Assembly (NCBI GenBank): GCA_903908285.1
Contig: CAIVRH010000023.1
Span: 25,052-89,051 of the forward strand
DNA length: 64,000 bases
Origin: an uncultured candidate division Zixibacteria bacterium
GTDB lineage: Bacteria; Zixibacteria; MSB-5A5; SM1-73
Direction: 5' to 3'
Shown: piece after piece, positions 41,164-51,031 of the stretch
How positions within the stretch are numbered: position 1 is the first letter of the stretch
Layout: every line of letters starts with the position of its first letter
Position numbers and translations under genes: made by a program
Notes under the pieces: generated by a model
Seen by the model: only the letters and a program-made list of their open reading frames with translations
Database searches by the model: none
What the model was told of the DNA's origin: nothing

Positions 41164-42189
41164 ATGACCAGCTTGGCCACCAGCTCGGGGTGAGCGGCGA
41201 AATGCGGTCCTGCGGACCTGGCTCAGGTGCTGAGCCATCTGCCCAAGCAAAATGATCCCAACGTGTTGGTGGGTTTCAATTCGGTGGACGATGCCGGAGT
41301 TTACAAAATCAGGGAGGATTTAGCCATAGTCCACACGGTGGATTTTTTTCCGCCCATTGTGGATGATCCTTACGATTTTGGCGCTATCTCAGCGGCTAAT
41401 TCCTTGAGTGACATCTATGCCATGGGAGGAAAGCCGATAACCGCTCTGAATATCGTGGGCTATCCTCCTCAAAGCGTGCCTCTATGGGCTTTGGAGGAGA
41501 TGCTCAAGGGGGGAGCGGAAAAAGCAATGGAAGCGGAAGTGTCCATAATCGGCGGTCATACTATCAGAACCAAAGAACCCATCTATGGGTTGGCAGTGGT
41601 GGGGACGATCCACCCGGATAGGATAATCAGCAATGCCGGTGCGAAAGCTGGTGATTCGCTGGTTTTGACCAAACCCATTGGTACGGGGATCATAACTACG
41701 GCCATAAAAAGGAATCTGGTTGAAGATGATATAGTGAAAAAAGTGGTGAAGATAATGGCTTTTTTGAATAGATACGCGTCTGAATCAATGCTGGATGTTG
41801 GAGCTAATGCTTGTACGGACATAACCGGTTTCGGTCTTCTGGGGCATCTATGCGAACTTTTACAAGCTTCTAAAGTAGGAGCAAAAATCCATCTTTCGAA
41901 TGTGCCGATAATCGAGCCCGCTTACCAGCTGGCACATGATAAAATTATTCCCGGCGGCACCTTGAGCAATCTGGAATTTATTGCCGAAAAGACCGACTGG
42001 AGTAAAGAAATTTCGGAAGAAGAGAAACTGATACTCTCCGATGCCCAGACTTCCGGGGGATTGCTCATCTCGTTACCAAAAGAAAAAGAAAAAAAGCTTT
42101 TGCAAATTCTGGCTGCCAAAGGGGTGTCCGGTGCAGTCATCGGTGAAATAATTGAGGACAAGAGATGCCGAATCCAAGTGGAAAATTAG
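41164..42189 (+). CDS. selD: selenide, water dikinase (selenophosphate synthetase) with in-frame UGA selenocysteine at codon 10
   Basis: ATG at 41164 is in frame with the track ORF (41227..42189). N-terminus MTSLATSSG-U(TGA 41191-93)-AAKCGPADLAQVLSH aligns with the SelD GxG(C/U)GCK...P..L..VL active-site loop. Hairpins GGUCCugcGGACC (41206-18) and GGCUCAGgugCUGAGCC (41219-35) lie 12-42 nt downstream, as expected for a bacterial SECIS. The rest is AIR-synthase-like. Confidence 0.75.
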
Positions 42190-43568
42190 TCAAAGAGAAA
42201 TTAAGACAGATACCCAGCGTGGAGAAAGTCCTGGAATCTTCCGAACTCCAAGCGGACATAGACAAATTCTCTCATACCCTGGTGGTATCCGCGATAAGGG
42301 AAGCCATAAAGACGACAAAGAGTGAAATAGCCAAAAGCAAAGAGACGGTTTCTCTTGACTCAATAATCGGGAAAACCAAGGATGTTCTCCGCGACCTGAC
42401 TTCATCTGCTCTACAGCCGGTGATCAATGTCACCGGAGTCATTCTTCATACCAACCTGGGCCGGGCACCCTTAGACGAGGGCGCTCTATCTTTTATTAAA
42501 GAAGTATGCGCCAATTATAACAACCTGGAGTTTGATCTAAGGGAAGGTAAAAGGAGCAAACGAGGGGTTTTTGTGGAAAAACTGCTTTGCCTTCTAACTT
42601 TATCCGAAGCCGCTTTGGTAGTCAATAATAATGCTGGCGCTGTGCTTTTGATCCTGACCGCTATGGCGAAAGAAAAAGAGGTGATTGTCTCCAGGGGGGA
42701 GTTAGTGCAGATCGGCGGGGGTTTTCGGATTCCGGAGATTCTCTCTTTAAGCGGAGCAACTCTAAAAGAAGTGGGAACCACAAATCATACCACCATCTCC
42801 GATTACGCCAGAGCCATAACCCGCCGGACCGCTCTTTTGCTCAAAGTTCACCAGAGCAATTTCAAAATGATCGGTTTTACGGAAAAGCCATGCATCCACG
42901 ATTTGGTTAAATTGGGGAAGAAGCATAAGCTGCCGGTAGTCGAGGATATGGGAAGCGGGGTTCTTCTCCGCACCGAGGATTTTCATTTGGCGCATGAACC
43001 TACCATGACGGAAGCCCTGTCCGCCGGTGCGGATTTGATCTGTTTTTCCGGAGACAAGCTTTTGGGTGCTCCGCAAGCGGGGATAATTTTGGGAAAAAGA
43101 AAATACATAGATATTCTTAAAAAACACCCCTTATATCGGGCTTTGAGATTAGACAAGATGTTCCTGGCGGGATTAGAAAGAATCCTGCTTTACTATCTAA
43201 AAGGCGAAGCCGCAAAGAAAATTCCGGTCTGGCAGATGATCGGTACTCCTGGGGAAGTTTTACAAGCCAGGGCGGAGAAAATAAAGGATAAGCTTAAAGA
43301 ATCGGGTATTGAAATTGTCATTAAGAGGAGTAACAGTACTATCGGTGGAGGATCGCTTCCCGGTGAGAGTTTGTCCACAGTTATACTATCCGTTGACAAA
43401 CCCTTTATCCCGGCTAATCAACAAGCCCAGCTTTTCAGAGAACAATCTTTGCCCATCATCGGACGGATAGAGGATCAGAAATTCGGGTTGGATTTAAGAA
43501 CCGTTTTTCCTCACCAGGATGAATTATTAATCTCCGCCATTAAAAACATTTTCCTTAAGAGAAGCTGA
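42165..43568 (+). CDS. selA: L-seryl-tRNA(Sec) selenium transferase (selenocysteine synthase)
   Basis: LRQIPSVEKVL N-terminus and INVTGVILHTNLGRAPL typical of SelA, PLP-fold, 467 aa, overlaps selD. Confidence 0.85.
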   Translation: MPNPSGKLVKEKLRQIPSVEKVLESSELQADIDKFSHTLVVSAIREAIKTTKSEIAKSKETVSLDSIIGKTKDVLRDLTSSALQPVINVTGVILHTNLGRAPLDEGALSFIKEVCANYNNLEFDLREGKRSKRGVFVEKLLCLLTLSEAALVVNNNAGAVLLILTAMAKEKEVIVSRGELVQIGGGFRIPEILSLSGATLKEVGTTNHTTISDYARAITRRTALLLKVHQSNFKMIGFTEKPCIHDLVKLGKKHKLPVVEDMGSGVLLRTEDFHLAHEPTMTEALSAGADLICFSGDKLLGAPQAGIILGKRKYIDILKKHPLYRALRLDKMFLAGLERILLYYLKGEAAKKIPVWQMIGTPGEVLQARAEKIKDKLKESGIEIVIKRSNSTIGGGSLPGESLSTVILSVDKPFIPANQQAQLFREQSLPIIGRIEDQKFGLDLRTVFPHQDELLISAIKNIFLKRS

Positions 43569-43708
43569 TTCTACCAGCTGCCCGCCAACTCATTCCGTGG
43601 TGATTTCAATTCTGACAATATTATATAAATTTATTTGTTGCCAAACTTGCTCAAAGCTGGTTTAGCGATTATATTAAATGCTCAAAGTTTTAATCTCTTG
43701 GGTATGTT

Positions 43709-44392
43709 ATGGAAAAAAGAATAATTGCCATAGATGGACCGGCCGGTTCGGGAAAAAGCACAACCGCCAAATTGGTGGCACAAAAGCTTGAGTTTCTATA
43801 TCTGGACACCGGAGCCATGTATCGCGCTATCACCTGGAAAGCCTTAGAACGCGGGGTTGACGTAAATGGCGAAGAGGAGTTGAAGAAGCTGACCGAGAAT
43901 TCTTCGATTGCTTTTGAAAACAAAGACGGGGTGAATAGAATTTTATTAGATGGAAAAGATGTGTCGGAAGAGATTAGAAATCCGCGGGTGAACAGAAATG
44001 TATCGTTCGTCTCCATGCACAAGCAGGTAAGGAAGATATTGGTGGAGATGCAGAAGAAAGTGGGGGAGAAAAATGATCTGGTGGCAGAGGGGAGGGATAC
44101 CACCACCGTGGTTTTCCCTCAAGCGTTCAAAGTCTATCTGGATGCGGATCTACGAGAGCGGGCGCGGAGACGTTTTCTGGAACTAAAAGAGAAGGGAATT
44201 AACTCCAACATCGAGGAACAGGAGGCGGAACTCTCCAGAAGGGACAAGCTCGATTCGGAAAGAGAAGCCAGCCCGCTTTTTCGGGATAAGAATGCAGTGG
44301 TGGTGGATACTACTCATCTGACCATCGAGCAGCAAGTGAATCGGGTGATCGAGCTATTTCAAAAGGGAGCTGATAAGAAAGATATAAATTGA
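43709..44392 (+). CDS. cmk: cytidylate kinase
   Basis: IIAIDGPAGSGKSTTAKLVAQKLEFLYLDTGAMYRA. Confidence 0.9.
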   Translation: MEKRIIAIDGPAGSGKSTTAKLVAQKLEFLYLDTGAMYRAITWKALERGVDVNGEEELKKLTENSSIAFENKDGVNRILLDGKDVSEEIRNPRVNRNVSFVSMHKQVRKILVEMQKKVGEKNDLVAEGRDTTTVVFPQAFKVYLDADLRERARRRFLELKEKGINSNIEEQEAELSRRDKLDSEREASPLFRDKNAVVVDTTHLTIEQQVNRVIELFQKGADKKDIN

Positions 44393-44417
44393 TGCAAAAG
44401 TTTAATTCGAAGTTGAT

Positions 44418-45041
44418 GTGAGAACTCATTATTATATAATTTGTTTACTGGTTAGAATCGGGCTGAAAATATTTTGGCGGTACAAAAGGATTGGGGCAAA
44501 GCATATACCCATGACCGGTGGGGTGATCATTGCCGCTAATCATGCGGCATACGTCGATCCGCCATTTATCGGCTCGGTTTGTCCCCGTGAACTTTTCTAT
44601 TTGGCTAAAGCGGAACTTTTTTCCAATGCACTTTTCGGCAAGTTACTTAGAAAAGTCAACGCCATACCCATTACCCGGGGAGCTTTTGACCGGAGAGCGA
44701 TCACCCAGGCGGTCAGGCTCTTGAAGGAGGGGAAAGCGCTTCTTTTTTTTCCGGAAGGGACCAGAAGCAGGGATGGAAACTTTTTAGAACCCAAGCTGGG
44801 GTTGGGAATGATCGGTAGGGAAGCAGGTGTGCCAATAGTCCCGGCCTATATCTCCAATTCCGGCAATCTGTTAAACGGTTTACTGAAAAGGAAGAGAATG
44901 ATTATAGCGTTTGATGCCCCCATCCCAAAAGAATGGATGACTGGGGTGCCCAAAAACAAAGAGGGATACAAAAGCATCGGGCAGGAAATTATGTCCCGGA
45001 TCGGAGAGCTGAAAGTAAAAATAGAAAAAGAAAGATTTTGA
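44418..45041 (+). CDS. plsC: 1-acyl-sn-glycerol-3-phosphate acyltransferase
   Basis: IAANHAAYVDPP (H(x)4D) and FFPEGTRS motifs. Confidence 0.8.
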   Translation: MRTHYYIICLLVRIGLKIFWRYKRIGAKHIPMTGGVIIAANHAAYVDPPFIGSVCPRELFYLAKAELFSNALFGKLLRKVNAIPITRGAFDRRAITQAVRLLKEGKALLFFPEGTRSRDGNFLEPKLGLGMIGREAGVPIVPAYISNSGNLLNGLLKRKRMIIAFDAPIPKEWMTGVPKNKEGYKSIGQEIMSRIGELKVKIEKERF

Positions 45042-45083
45042 TAGGTTTATATAAAAAATTGATTAGATTACCGGAGTATTTTT

Positions 45084-45926
45084 TTGAAAATGAAAATCTA
45101 CGTAGTAAAACAAGCAGGCTTTTGTTTTGGAGTAAAAAGAGCCATCAAGCTCGCCTGCGATGCAGCGGAAATAAAGCATAGAAGGGTATACACCCTGGGT
45201 CCTCTTATACATAATCCTCAAGTGGTGGAGGACTTGGAAAATAAAGGTGTGCATGTAATTAAGGATATTAGAGGAATCAAAACCGGAGCGCTTATTATCC
45301 GTTCGCATGGGGTCCATCCCAAGATTTTAAAGCAGTTGAAAGGTAAACCGGTAGAGGTGGTAGATGCTACTTGTCCTTTCGTGAGAAAAGCCCAGAGAAA
45401 GGCAAAACTGCTTTACGATCAGGGATATCAGGTGGTGGTGGTGGGGGAGGCGGATCACCCGGAGGTACAGGGTATCGTAGGTTATGTAAACGATTCGGCA
45501 ATGGTGATTAATCATACCCGCATGAAATCAAAAATGGATCGGTTCAAAAAATTAGGAGTGGTGGCCCAAACCACTCTCAGCATCGATGTTTTTAAGCAGG
45601 CTATCGGCAGGCTGGTTGAAAATACGGAAGAATTAAAAGTATGCAATACCATCTGTCATGCCACTGCCCGGGCTCAAAAAGCCACTTCGAGATTGGCCGG
45701 TAAAGTGGATATGATGATCGTAGTGGGGGGACATAACTCTGCCAATACCTCCCGTCTGGCGAAACTGTGCAAGGAATACGGAACCCCTACTCATCAGGTG
45801 GAGACAGAGAAGGGATTACAACGTCTTTGGTTTAAGAATATAAACTCGGTGGGAGTTACTGCCGGCACCTCTACTCCGGACTGGTTGATAAAACAAGTAG
45901 TGGAACGTATAAAAAGTTACAATTAG
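45084..45926 (+). CDS. ispH: 4-hydroxy-3-methylbut-2-enyl diphosphate reductase
   Basis: AGFCFGVKRAI, HNPQVV and the conserved Cys triad. cmk-ispH-rpsA synteny. Confidence 0.9.
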   Translation: MKMKIYVVKQAGFCFGVKRAIKLACDAAEIKHRRVYTLGPLIHNPQVVEDLENKGVHVIKDIRGIKTGALIIRSHGVHPKILKQLKGKPVEVVDATCPFVRKAQRKAKLLYDQGYQVVVVGEADHPEVQGIVGYVNDSAMVINHTRMKSKMDRFKKLGVVAQTTLSIDVFKQAIGRLVENTEELKVCNTICHATARAQKATSRLAGKVDMMIVVGGHNSANTSRLAKLCKEYGTPTHQVETEKGLQRLWFKNINSVGVTAGTSTPDWLIKQVVERIKSYN

Positions 45927-45986
45927 TTACGTATAAGGAAATAATCCCCATACGGGGAAATTCTGTATAAAGGAGGATTTACTTCA

Positions 45987-48167
45987 ATGGTTGAAGAGAA
46001 AAAACCAAAAGACGTTCCCGCTTCTATAGACAAGAAGAGCGGAACGACCAGAATTCCGAGAAAAGGAGGTGAAAAGGAAGACATATCTCCAAGACCAAGA
46101 CCTATCCCGCGATCTTTCCCACCAAAAAGAAGGCCGGAGAAACCGCCATCTGTGGCCAAAGAAAAAGCCCCGGCTGTGGTGAGTATAGCACCGGAGTCAA
46201 AGATTGAGGCGGTCAAGGAGCCGGTCCAGGAGATACCCCAGGTACCTCTGGAATCATCCCAACCGGTGGTGATAGAAAAACCGGTTTCGACTCTGCTCCG
46301 GGATCTGGCCAAGGCTGTGGACAGGGAATATTCCACGGAGGAATTCGAGCAGTTCCTTAAAATGTATGAACCTACCCTGCGTGATATTCAGGAGGGTGAG
46401 ATCGTAAAGGGAAGGGTGATGGGAGTAACCAAAGAGGACGTGATCGTGGACGTGGGCTTCAAGTCGGAAGGGATCATTCCCATGGCCGAATTCACCGAGC
46501 CTATAAACATCAAGGTGGGGGATGAGATCGAGGTCTACTTGGACGCGATCGAAGATCAGGATGGCCAGCTGGTCCTGTCCAAGCAGAAGGCCGATTTCGT
46601 ACGGGTTTGGGACCGGGTGAAAGATGCACACGACAAGGGCGAGCTGGTGGACGGGAAGATTTTAAGAAGGATCAAAGGCGGGATGGTGGTGGATCTGATG
46701 GGAGTGGATGCTTTTCTCCCCGGTTCTCAAATTGCCTTAAGGCAGGTTCCCGATTTCGATGCCCTCTTGGGGCAACTCATGCAGTTCAAGGTGATCAAGC
46801 TCAACAAAGCCCGGCGCAACATCGTAGTCTCCCGCAGGTCGGTTTTAGAAGAGGAGAGACAAAAGCAGAAGGAAAGGCTTTTAAAGGAGATCGAGACCAG
46901 CCAGGTGAGGGAAGGGGTAGTGAAAAACATCACCGATTTTGGAGTGTTCATCGATTTGGGCGGGGTGGACGGACTGCTTCACATCACCGATATGTCGTGG
47001 GGAAGAATCAGCCATCCCAGCGAGTTGGTGGCGTTGGGAGATAAAATCAACGTCAAGATCATCGACTTTGACAAAAATACCGGCAGGATTTCTTTGGGGA
47101 TGAAACAGCTGACCCCGTATCCCTGGGAGAACATTCAGGAGAGATATCCGGTGGGGAAGAAGATCAAAGGAAAAGTGGTTTCCCTTACCGATTATGGCGC
47201 ATTCGTGGAGTTGGAGAGAGGGGTGGAGGGATTGATCCACATCTCCGAAATGTCGTGGACCCAGCATATCAAACATCCTTCCCGGTTGATGGCCATCGGT
47301 GATACCGTGGAGGCAGTGATTTTATCCATCGACAAAGATAACGAGAAGATCTCTTTGGGGATAAAACAGCTCGAGCCTGATCCCTGGGCGAACATCGAGC
47401 AAAAATACCGCTCCGGTACCCGGGTTTCGGGAAAGGTGAGAAATCTTACCGCCTTCGGCTCTTTCGTGGAGCTGGAGGAAGGGATCGACGGGCTGGTTCA
47501 CATTTCCGATATGTCGTGGACCAAGCGGATTCAACACCCCTCCGAGGTGATGAAGAAGGGGGATAAGGTGGAGGTGGTGGTGATGAACGTGGACCGGGAA
47601 AACCGCAGGATCTCCTTAGGTTACAAGCAAACCAAGGACGATCCCTGGCCTGAGCTATCCCGAAAGTTTACCATGGGGAATGAGGTCAACGGTAAAATTT
47701 TACGTCTTTTGGACCGGGGGGTCATTGTGGATTTGGGAGATGAGGTAGAGGGATTCGTACCCACCATCCATCTGGGAAAACCGGAAATCTCCAAGCCTTC
47801 GGACGCTTTCAACGAAGGGGATATGTTGCCACTCAAAGTGATCGAGTTCGATCATCCCGGAAAGAAGATCGTTCTGTCGGTTGAAGCTTATTATCGCACA
47901 AGGGAAAAAACCGAGTTGGAGGATTTCTTAGGCAGGCATCCGACCAAGACGCTAAAGGTGGAAGAGATTGTGGAACAACGGCCGCAGTTGGAGGGAGAAA
48001 TTAAAACAGCGGTAACTGAAACTCCGCTCCCGGCAGAAGCACCTGCGCCGCAAGTCGCTCCGGTTAGCGAAACAAAAACCGAAGATGCCAAGAAAGAGGA
48101 GTTAACTCCGACTATAACGGAAGATGAAGCTTCAACGGAGGAATCCCCCAAGGATACAAGCGTATAA
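45987..48167 (+). CDS. rpsA: 30S ribosomal protein S1 with N- and C-terminal low-complexity extensions
   Basis: Six S1 domains (repeated ...G.V..I.DFGAFV.L..G.EGL.HISE...) in 726 aa. Pro/Lys-rich N-terminal extension. Confidence 0.9.
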   Translation: MVEEKKPKDVPASIDKKSGTTRIPRKGGEKEDISPRPRPIPRSFPPKRRPEKPPSVAKEKAPAVVSIAPESKIEAVKEPVQEIPQVPLESSQPVVIEKPVSTLLRDLAKAVDREYSTEEFEQFLKMYEPTLRDIQEGEIVKGRVMGVTKEDVIVDVGFKSEGIIPMAEFTEPINIKVGDEIEVYLDAIEDQDGQLVLSKQKADFVRVWDRVKDAHDKGELVDGKILRRIKGGMVVDLMGVDAFLPGSQIALRQVPDFDALLGQLMQFKVIKLNKARRNIVVSRRSVLEEERQKQKERLLKEIETSQVREGVVKNITDFGVFIDLGGVDGLLHITDMSWGRISHPSELVALGDKINVKIIDFDKNTGRISLGMKQLTPYPWENIQERYPVGKKIKGKVVSLTDYGAFVELERGVEGLIHISEMSWTQHIKHPSRLMAIGDTVEAVILSIDKDNEKISLGIKQLEPDPWANIEQKYRSGTRVSGKVRNLTAFGSFVELEEGIDGLVHISDMSWTKRIQHPSEVMKKGDKVEVVVMNVDRENRRISLGYKQTKDDPWPELSRKFTMGNEVNGKILRLLDRGVIVDLGDEVEGFVPTIHLGKPEISKPSDAFNEGDMLPLKVIEFDHPGKKIVLSVEAYYRTREKTELEDFLGRHPTKTLKVEEIVEQRPQLEGEIKTAVTETPLPAEAPAPQVAPVSETKTEDAKKEELTPTITEDEASTEESPKDTSV

Positions 48168-48194
48168 GCAACCGGGATTAATGATAAATATAAA

Positions 48195-48233
48195 AGCGAT
48201 GGCAGCCGATATCTGGTTGCCATCGCTTTTTTA
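48195..48233 (+). terminator. rho-independent terminator after rpsA
   Basis: AGCGATGGCAgccgatatctggtTGCCATCGCTtttttt: 10-bp stem plus T-run. Confidence 0.75.
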
Positions 48234-48262
48234 TTGCGTGCGGTGGAAGGGAAGAGGAATCT

Positions 48263-48283
48263 CCTCTCCCTTGATGGGAGAGG
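48263..48283. repeat. CCTCTCCC-ttga-GGGAGAGG palindrome (left of the RM island)
   Basis: Perfect 8-bp inverted repeat. Related CTCTCC/GGAGAG palindromes at 54228-54255 and 54681-54704. Confidence 0.6.
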
Positions 48284-48418
48284 ATTAAGTTGAAAATCCC
48301 GTCCTTCGATTTTCTCAGGATGGTGAGCTGTGGCGAACCACCGTAGGCGGGAGTGAGGGAGAAAAAGTCCGTATGTCATGAGCTCCTCGGCTCCTGACAA
48401 TAATGCTTCAATTTATTG

Positions 48419-48438
48419 CCACGACCTTCAGGTCGTGG
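48419..48438. repeat. REP element copy (CCACGACCttcaGGTCGTGG) plus adjacent palindromes
   Basis: 26-nt identity (ttattgccacgaccttcaggtcgtgg) with the copy at 30945-30969. Followed by the gcgatcgc / tcgcatttatgcga palindromes. Confidence 0.8.
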
Positions 48439-48622
48439 GGTAAATTGTAGCGATCGCATTTATGCGACCCGCTTTTACTTTCCCAATGCAGTATAATCGA
48501 ATAACCAATTCAAACGAAGAGTTGACAAAATCTCATAAATGATTATAATATTTAGTATGAATAGCAACAATTTACTTTCATGTTAGGCTACAAGGCACTT
48601 ATCATTTTTAACCAGCCGAAAA

Positions 48623-51028
48623 ATGACAAATAAAAAAGAACTGTCAGAACGAGATATTTGCACGCAATTCATCTTACCCGCTCTCATAAAGTCCGGGTGG
48701 GATGTCACAAAACAAATCCGCGAAGAGGTTTTTTTCACTGACGGGCGTATTTTTGTCAAAGGCAATAACACCGCACGTGGAGAGAGAAAACGTGCTGATT
48801 TTATTCTCTATCTAAAACCGAATATTCCTATCGCTGTAATTGAAGCAAAAGATAATAATCATTCCGTGGGGGCTGGGTTGCAGCAGGCATTAGGTTATGC
48901 GAAGCTTCTCGATGTCCCGGTTGCCTTTAGTTCAAATGGGGATGGTTTTATTCAGCATGATCTTTCTGGATTCTCTGCGGATATTGAAATAGAAATATCT
49001 TTAGACAATTTCCCTTCTCCATCCGAGCTGTGGAATATGTACAAGAAATATAAAAAGATTGAAACCCCTGAGCAGGAAAAGATCGCCTCCTATGAATACT
49101 TTTTTGATGGCTCAGGACGTGCGCCTCGTTACTATCAGCAGATAGCCATAAATAGAACGGTTGAAGCAATAGCACGTGGTGAGAACAGAGTTCTACTGGT
49201 AATGGCTACCGGCACGGGAAAAACCTATACCGCTTTTCAGATAATATATCGGCTATGGAAAAATGGAAGGAAGAAGCGGATTCTTTTTTTAGCAGATCGC
49301 AATGTGCTTATCGATCAAACCAAGCGAAATGACTTTAAACATTTTAAAGACCGTATGACGGTCATCAAAAAGAAAAAGATCGACAAGGCGTTTGAAATTT
49401 ACCTTGCCCTTTATCAGGGGTTAACGAATTACAATGAAGACAAAGATGCCTATAGAGAATTCAGCCGGGATTTCTTTGATCTTGTGGTTGTAGATGAGTG
49501 CCATCGTGGAAGCGCAGATGCTGATAGTGCTTGGAGAGCGATATTGGAGTATTTTAGCTCTGCTACTCAGATCGGGCTTACGGCAACTCCACGGGAAACA
49601 AAAGAAATTTCCAATATTGAATATTTCGGCGAGCCAATTTATACCTACACGCTTAAGCAAGGCATAGAGGACGGATTTTTGGCTCCCTATAAAGTTATAC
49701 GGGTTGGACTCAGTACCGACCTTGAAGGCTGGCGTCCCGAAGCAGGTAAAAAAGATCAGGATGGCAACGAGGTTGAAGATCGGGTTTACAACATTAAAGA
49801 TTTTGACAAGAACCTTGTGATTGATGAGCGGACAAAAATTGTTGCCAAGAAGGTGTCGGAGTATTTGAGGAAGACTAACCGTTTTGACAAAACGATAGTC
49901 TTTTGTGTGGATATTGAGCACGCCGAGCGCATGAAACAGGCGTTGGCGAATGAGAACCCGGATTTGGCGTTGGAAAACTACAAGTATATTATGCGAATAA
50001 CCGGTGATGATGAAGAAGGTAAGCGCGAAGTGGATAATTTCATAAATCCTGAAGAGCGTTATCCCGTCATCGCAACCACTTCAAAATTAATGACGACTGG
50101 CGTCGATGCGCAGACCTGCAAATTGATCGCACTTGATTCAAATATCAAATCGATGACTGAGTTTAAACAAATTATAGGCCGCGGAACTCGCATTAACGAA
50201 GACTATGACAAAACCTTTTTCGCCATCATGGATTTTCGTAATGTGACCGATCTTTTTGCTGATCCGGCTTTTGATGGCAACCCGGTTATGATCAAAGAGG
50301 TCAAAGGAGAAGAGGAGCTAACCGACCAAGATATTAATCCGGAAGGAGATCAGGAAATCATCGATCCGGAAACCGGTAAGCCTGTTGATTTTGAGAAGAA
50401 AGAAACAAAAGAATATCCGACTCAGCCGGAAATTATCCAGGGCGGTTCAATAGTATCCGAGCCTCGTTCAAAGGTTTATGTGGCAGGTGTAGATGTTTCG
50501 GTTCTAAACGAGCGGGTTCAGCATCTGGATGCGAACGGAAAACTCATTACAGAGAGCCTAAAAGATTACACAAAAAGGAGTATCTTGCAGGAGTTTCGCT
50601 CCCTTGATGATTTCCTTGCCAAGTGGAATAGCACTTATAAAAAGAAAGCCGTTATCGAGGAACTAGAATCGCACGGCATAATTTTTGAAAATCTTATGGC
50701 TGAAGTAAAGAAGGATTTAGATGTCTTTGACCTTATCTGCCATATTGCCTGGGATATGCCCGCGCTTACTCGCAGGGAGAGAGCAGAGAAGGTTAAAAAG
50801 CGCAATTACTTTACTAAATATGGTGAAAAAGCGCGCATCGTCATAGATGCTCTGTTGGATAAATATGCCAGCGAAGGTATTGAGAATATTGAGGATTTAT
50901 CGGTTTTAAGAATTTCCCCGTTTGATCAGATAGGCACTCCGACAGAAATCTTGCAGATTTTTGGAGGCAAAAAAGAATATTTACACGTTATTGAAAAATT
51001 AGAAAACGAACTATACGCGGCGGCATAA
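48623..51028 (+). CDS. hsdR: type I restriction enzyme R (endonuclease/helicase) subunit
   Basis: N-terminal HsdR nuclease domain (ILPALIKSGWD...ADFILY...IEAKD), DEAD-box helicase motifs (VMATGTGKTYTAFQI, VVDECHRG), 801 aa. Confidence 0.85.
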   Translation: MTNKKELSERDICTQFILPALIKSGWDVTKQIREEVFFTDGRIFVKGNNTARGERKRADFILYLKPNIPIAVIEAKDNNHSVGAGLQQALGYAKLLDVPVAFSSNGDGFIQHDLSGFSADIEIEISLDNFPSPSELWNMYKKYKKIETPEQEKIASYEYFFDGSGRAPRYYQQIAINRTVEAIARGENRVLLVMATGTGKTYTAFQIIYRLWKNGRKKRILFLADRNVLIDQTKRNDFKHFKDRMTVIKKKKIDKAFEIYLALYQGLTNYNEDKDAYREFSRDFFDLVVVDECHRGSADADSAWRAILEYFSSATQIGLTATPRETKEISNIEYFGEPIYTYTLKQGIEDGFLAPYKVIRVGLSTDLEGWRPEAGKKDQDGNEVEDRVYNIKDFDKNLVIDERTKIVAKKVSEYLRKTNRFDKTIVFCVDIEHAERMKQALANENPDLALENYKYIMRITGDDEEGKREVDNFINPEERYPVIATTSKLMTTGVDAQTCKLIALDSNIKSMTEFKQIIGRGTRINEDYDKTFFAIMDFRNVTDLFADPAFDGNPVMIKEVKGEEELTDQDINPEGDQEIIDPETGKPVDFEKKETKEYPTQPEIIQGGSIVSEPRSKVYVAGVDVSVLNERVQHLDANGKLITESLKDYTKRSILQEFRSLDDFLAKWNSTYKKKAVIEELESHGIIFENLMAEVKKDLDVFDLICHIAWDMPALTRRERAEKVKKRNYFTKYGEKARIVIDALLDKYASEGIENIEDLSVLRISPFDQIGTPTEILQIFGGKKEYLHVIEKLENELYAAA

Positions 51029-51031
51029 AAA

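Noticed and set aside
45923-46336. 137-aa minus-strand ORF overlapping the start of rpsA
   Set aside because: It is antisense to the rpsA N-terminal extension, which is a Gly/Ser/Thr-rich translation of a Pro/Lys-rich coding region. It is a shadow ORF.
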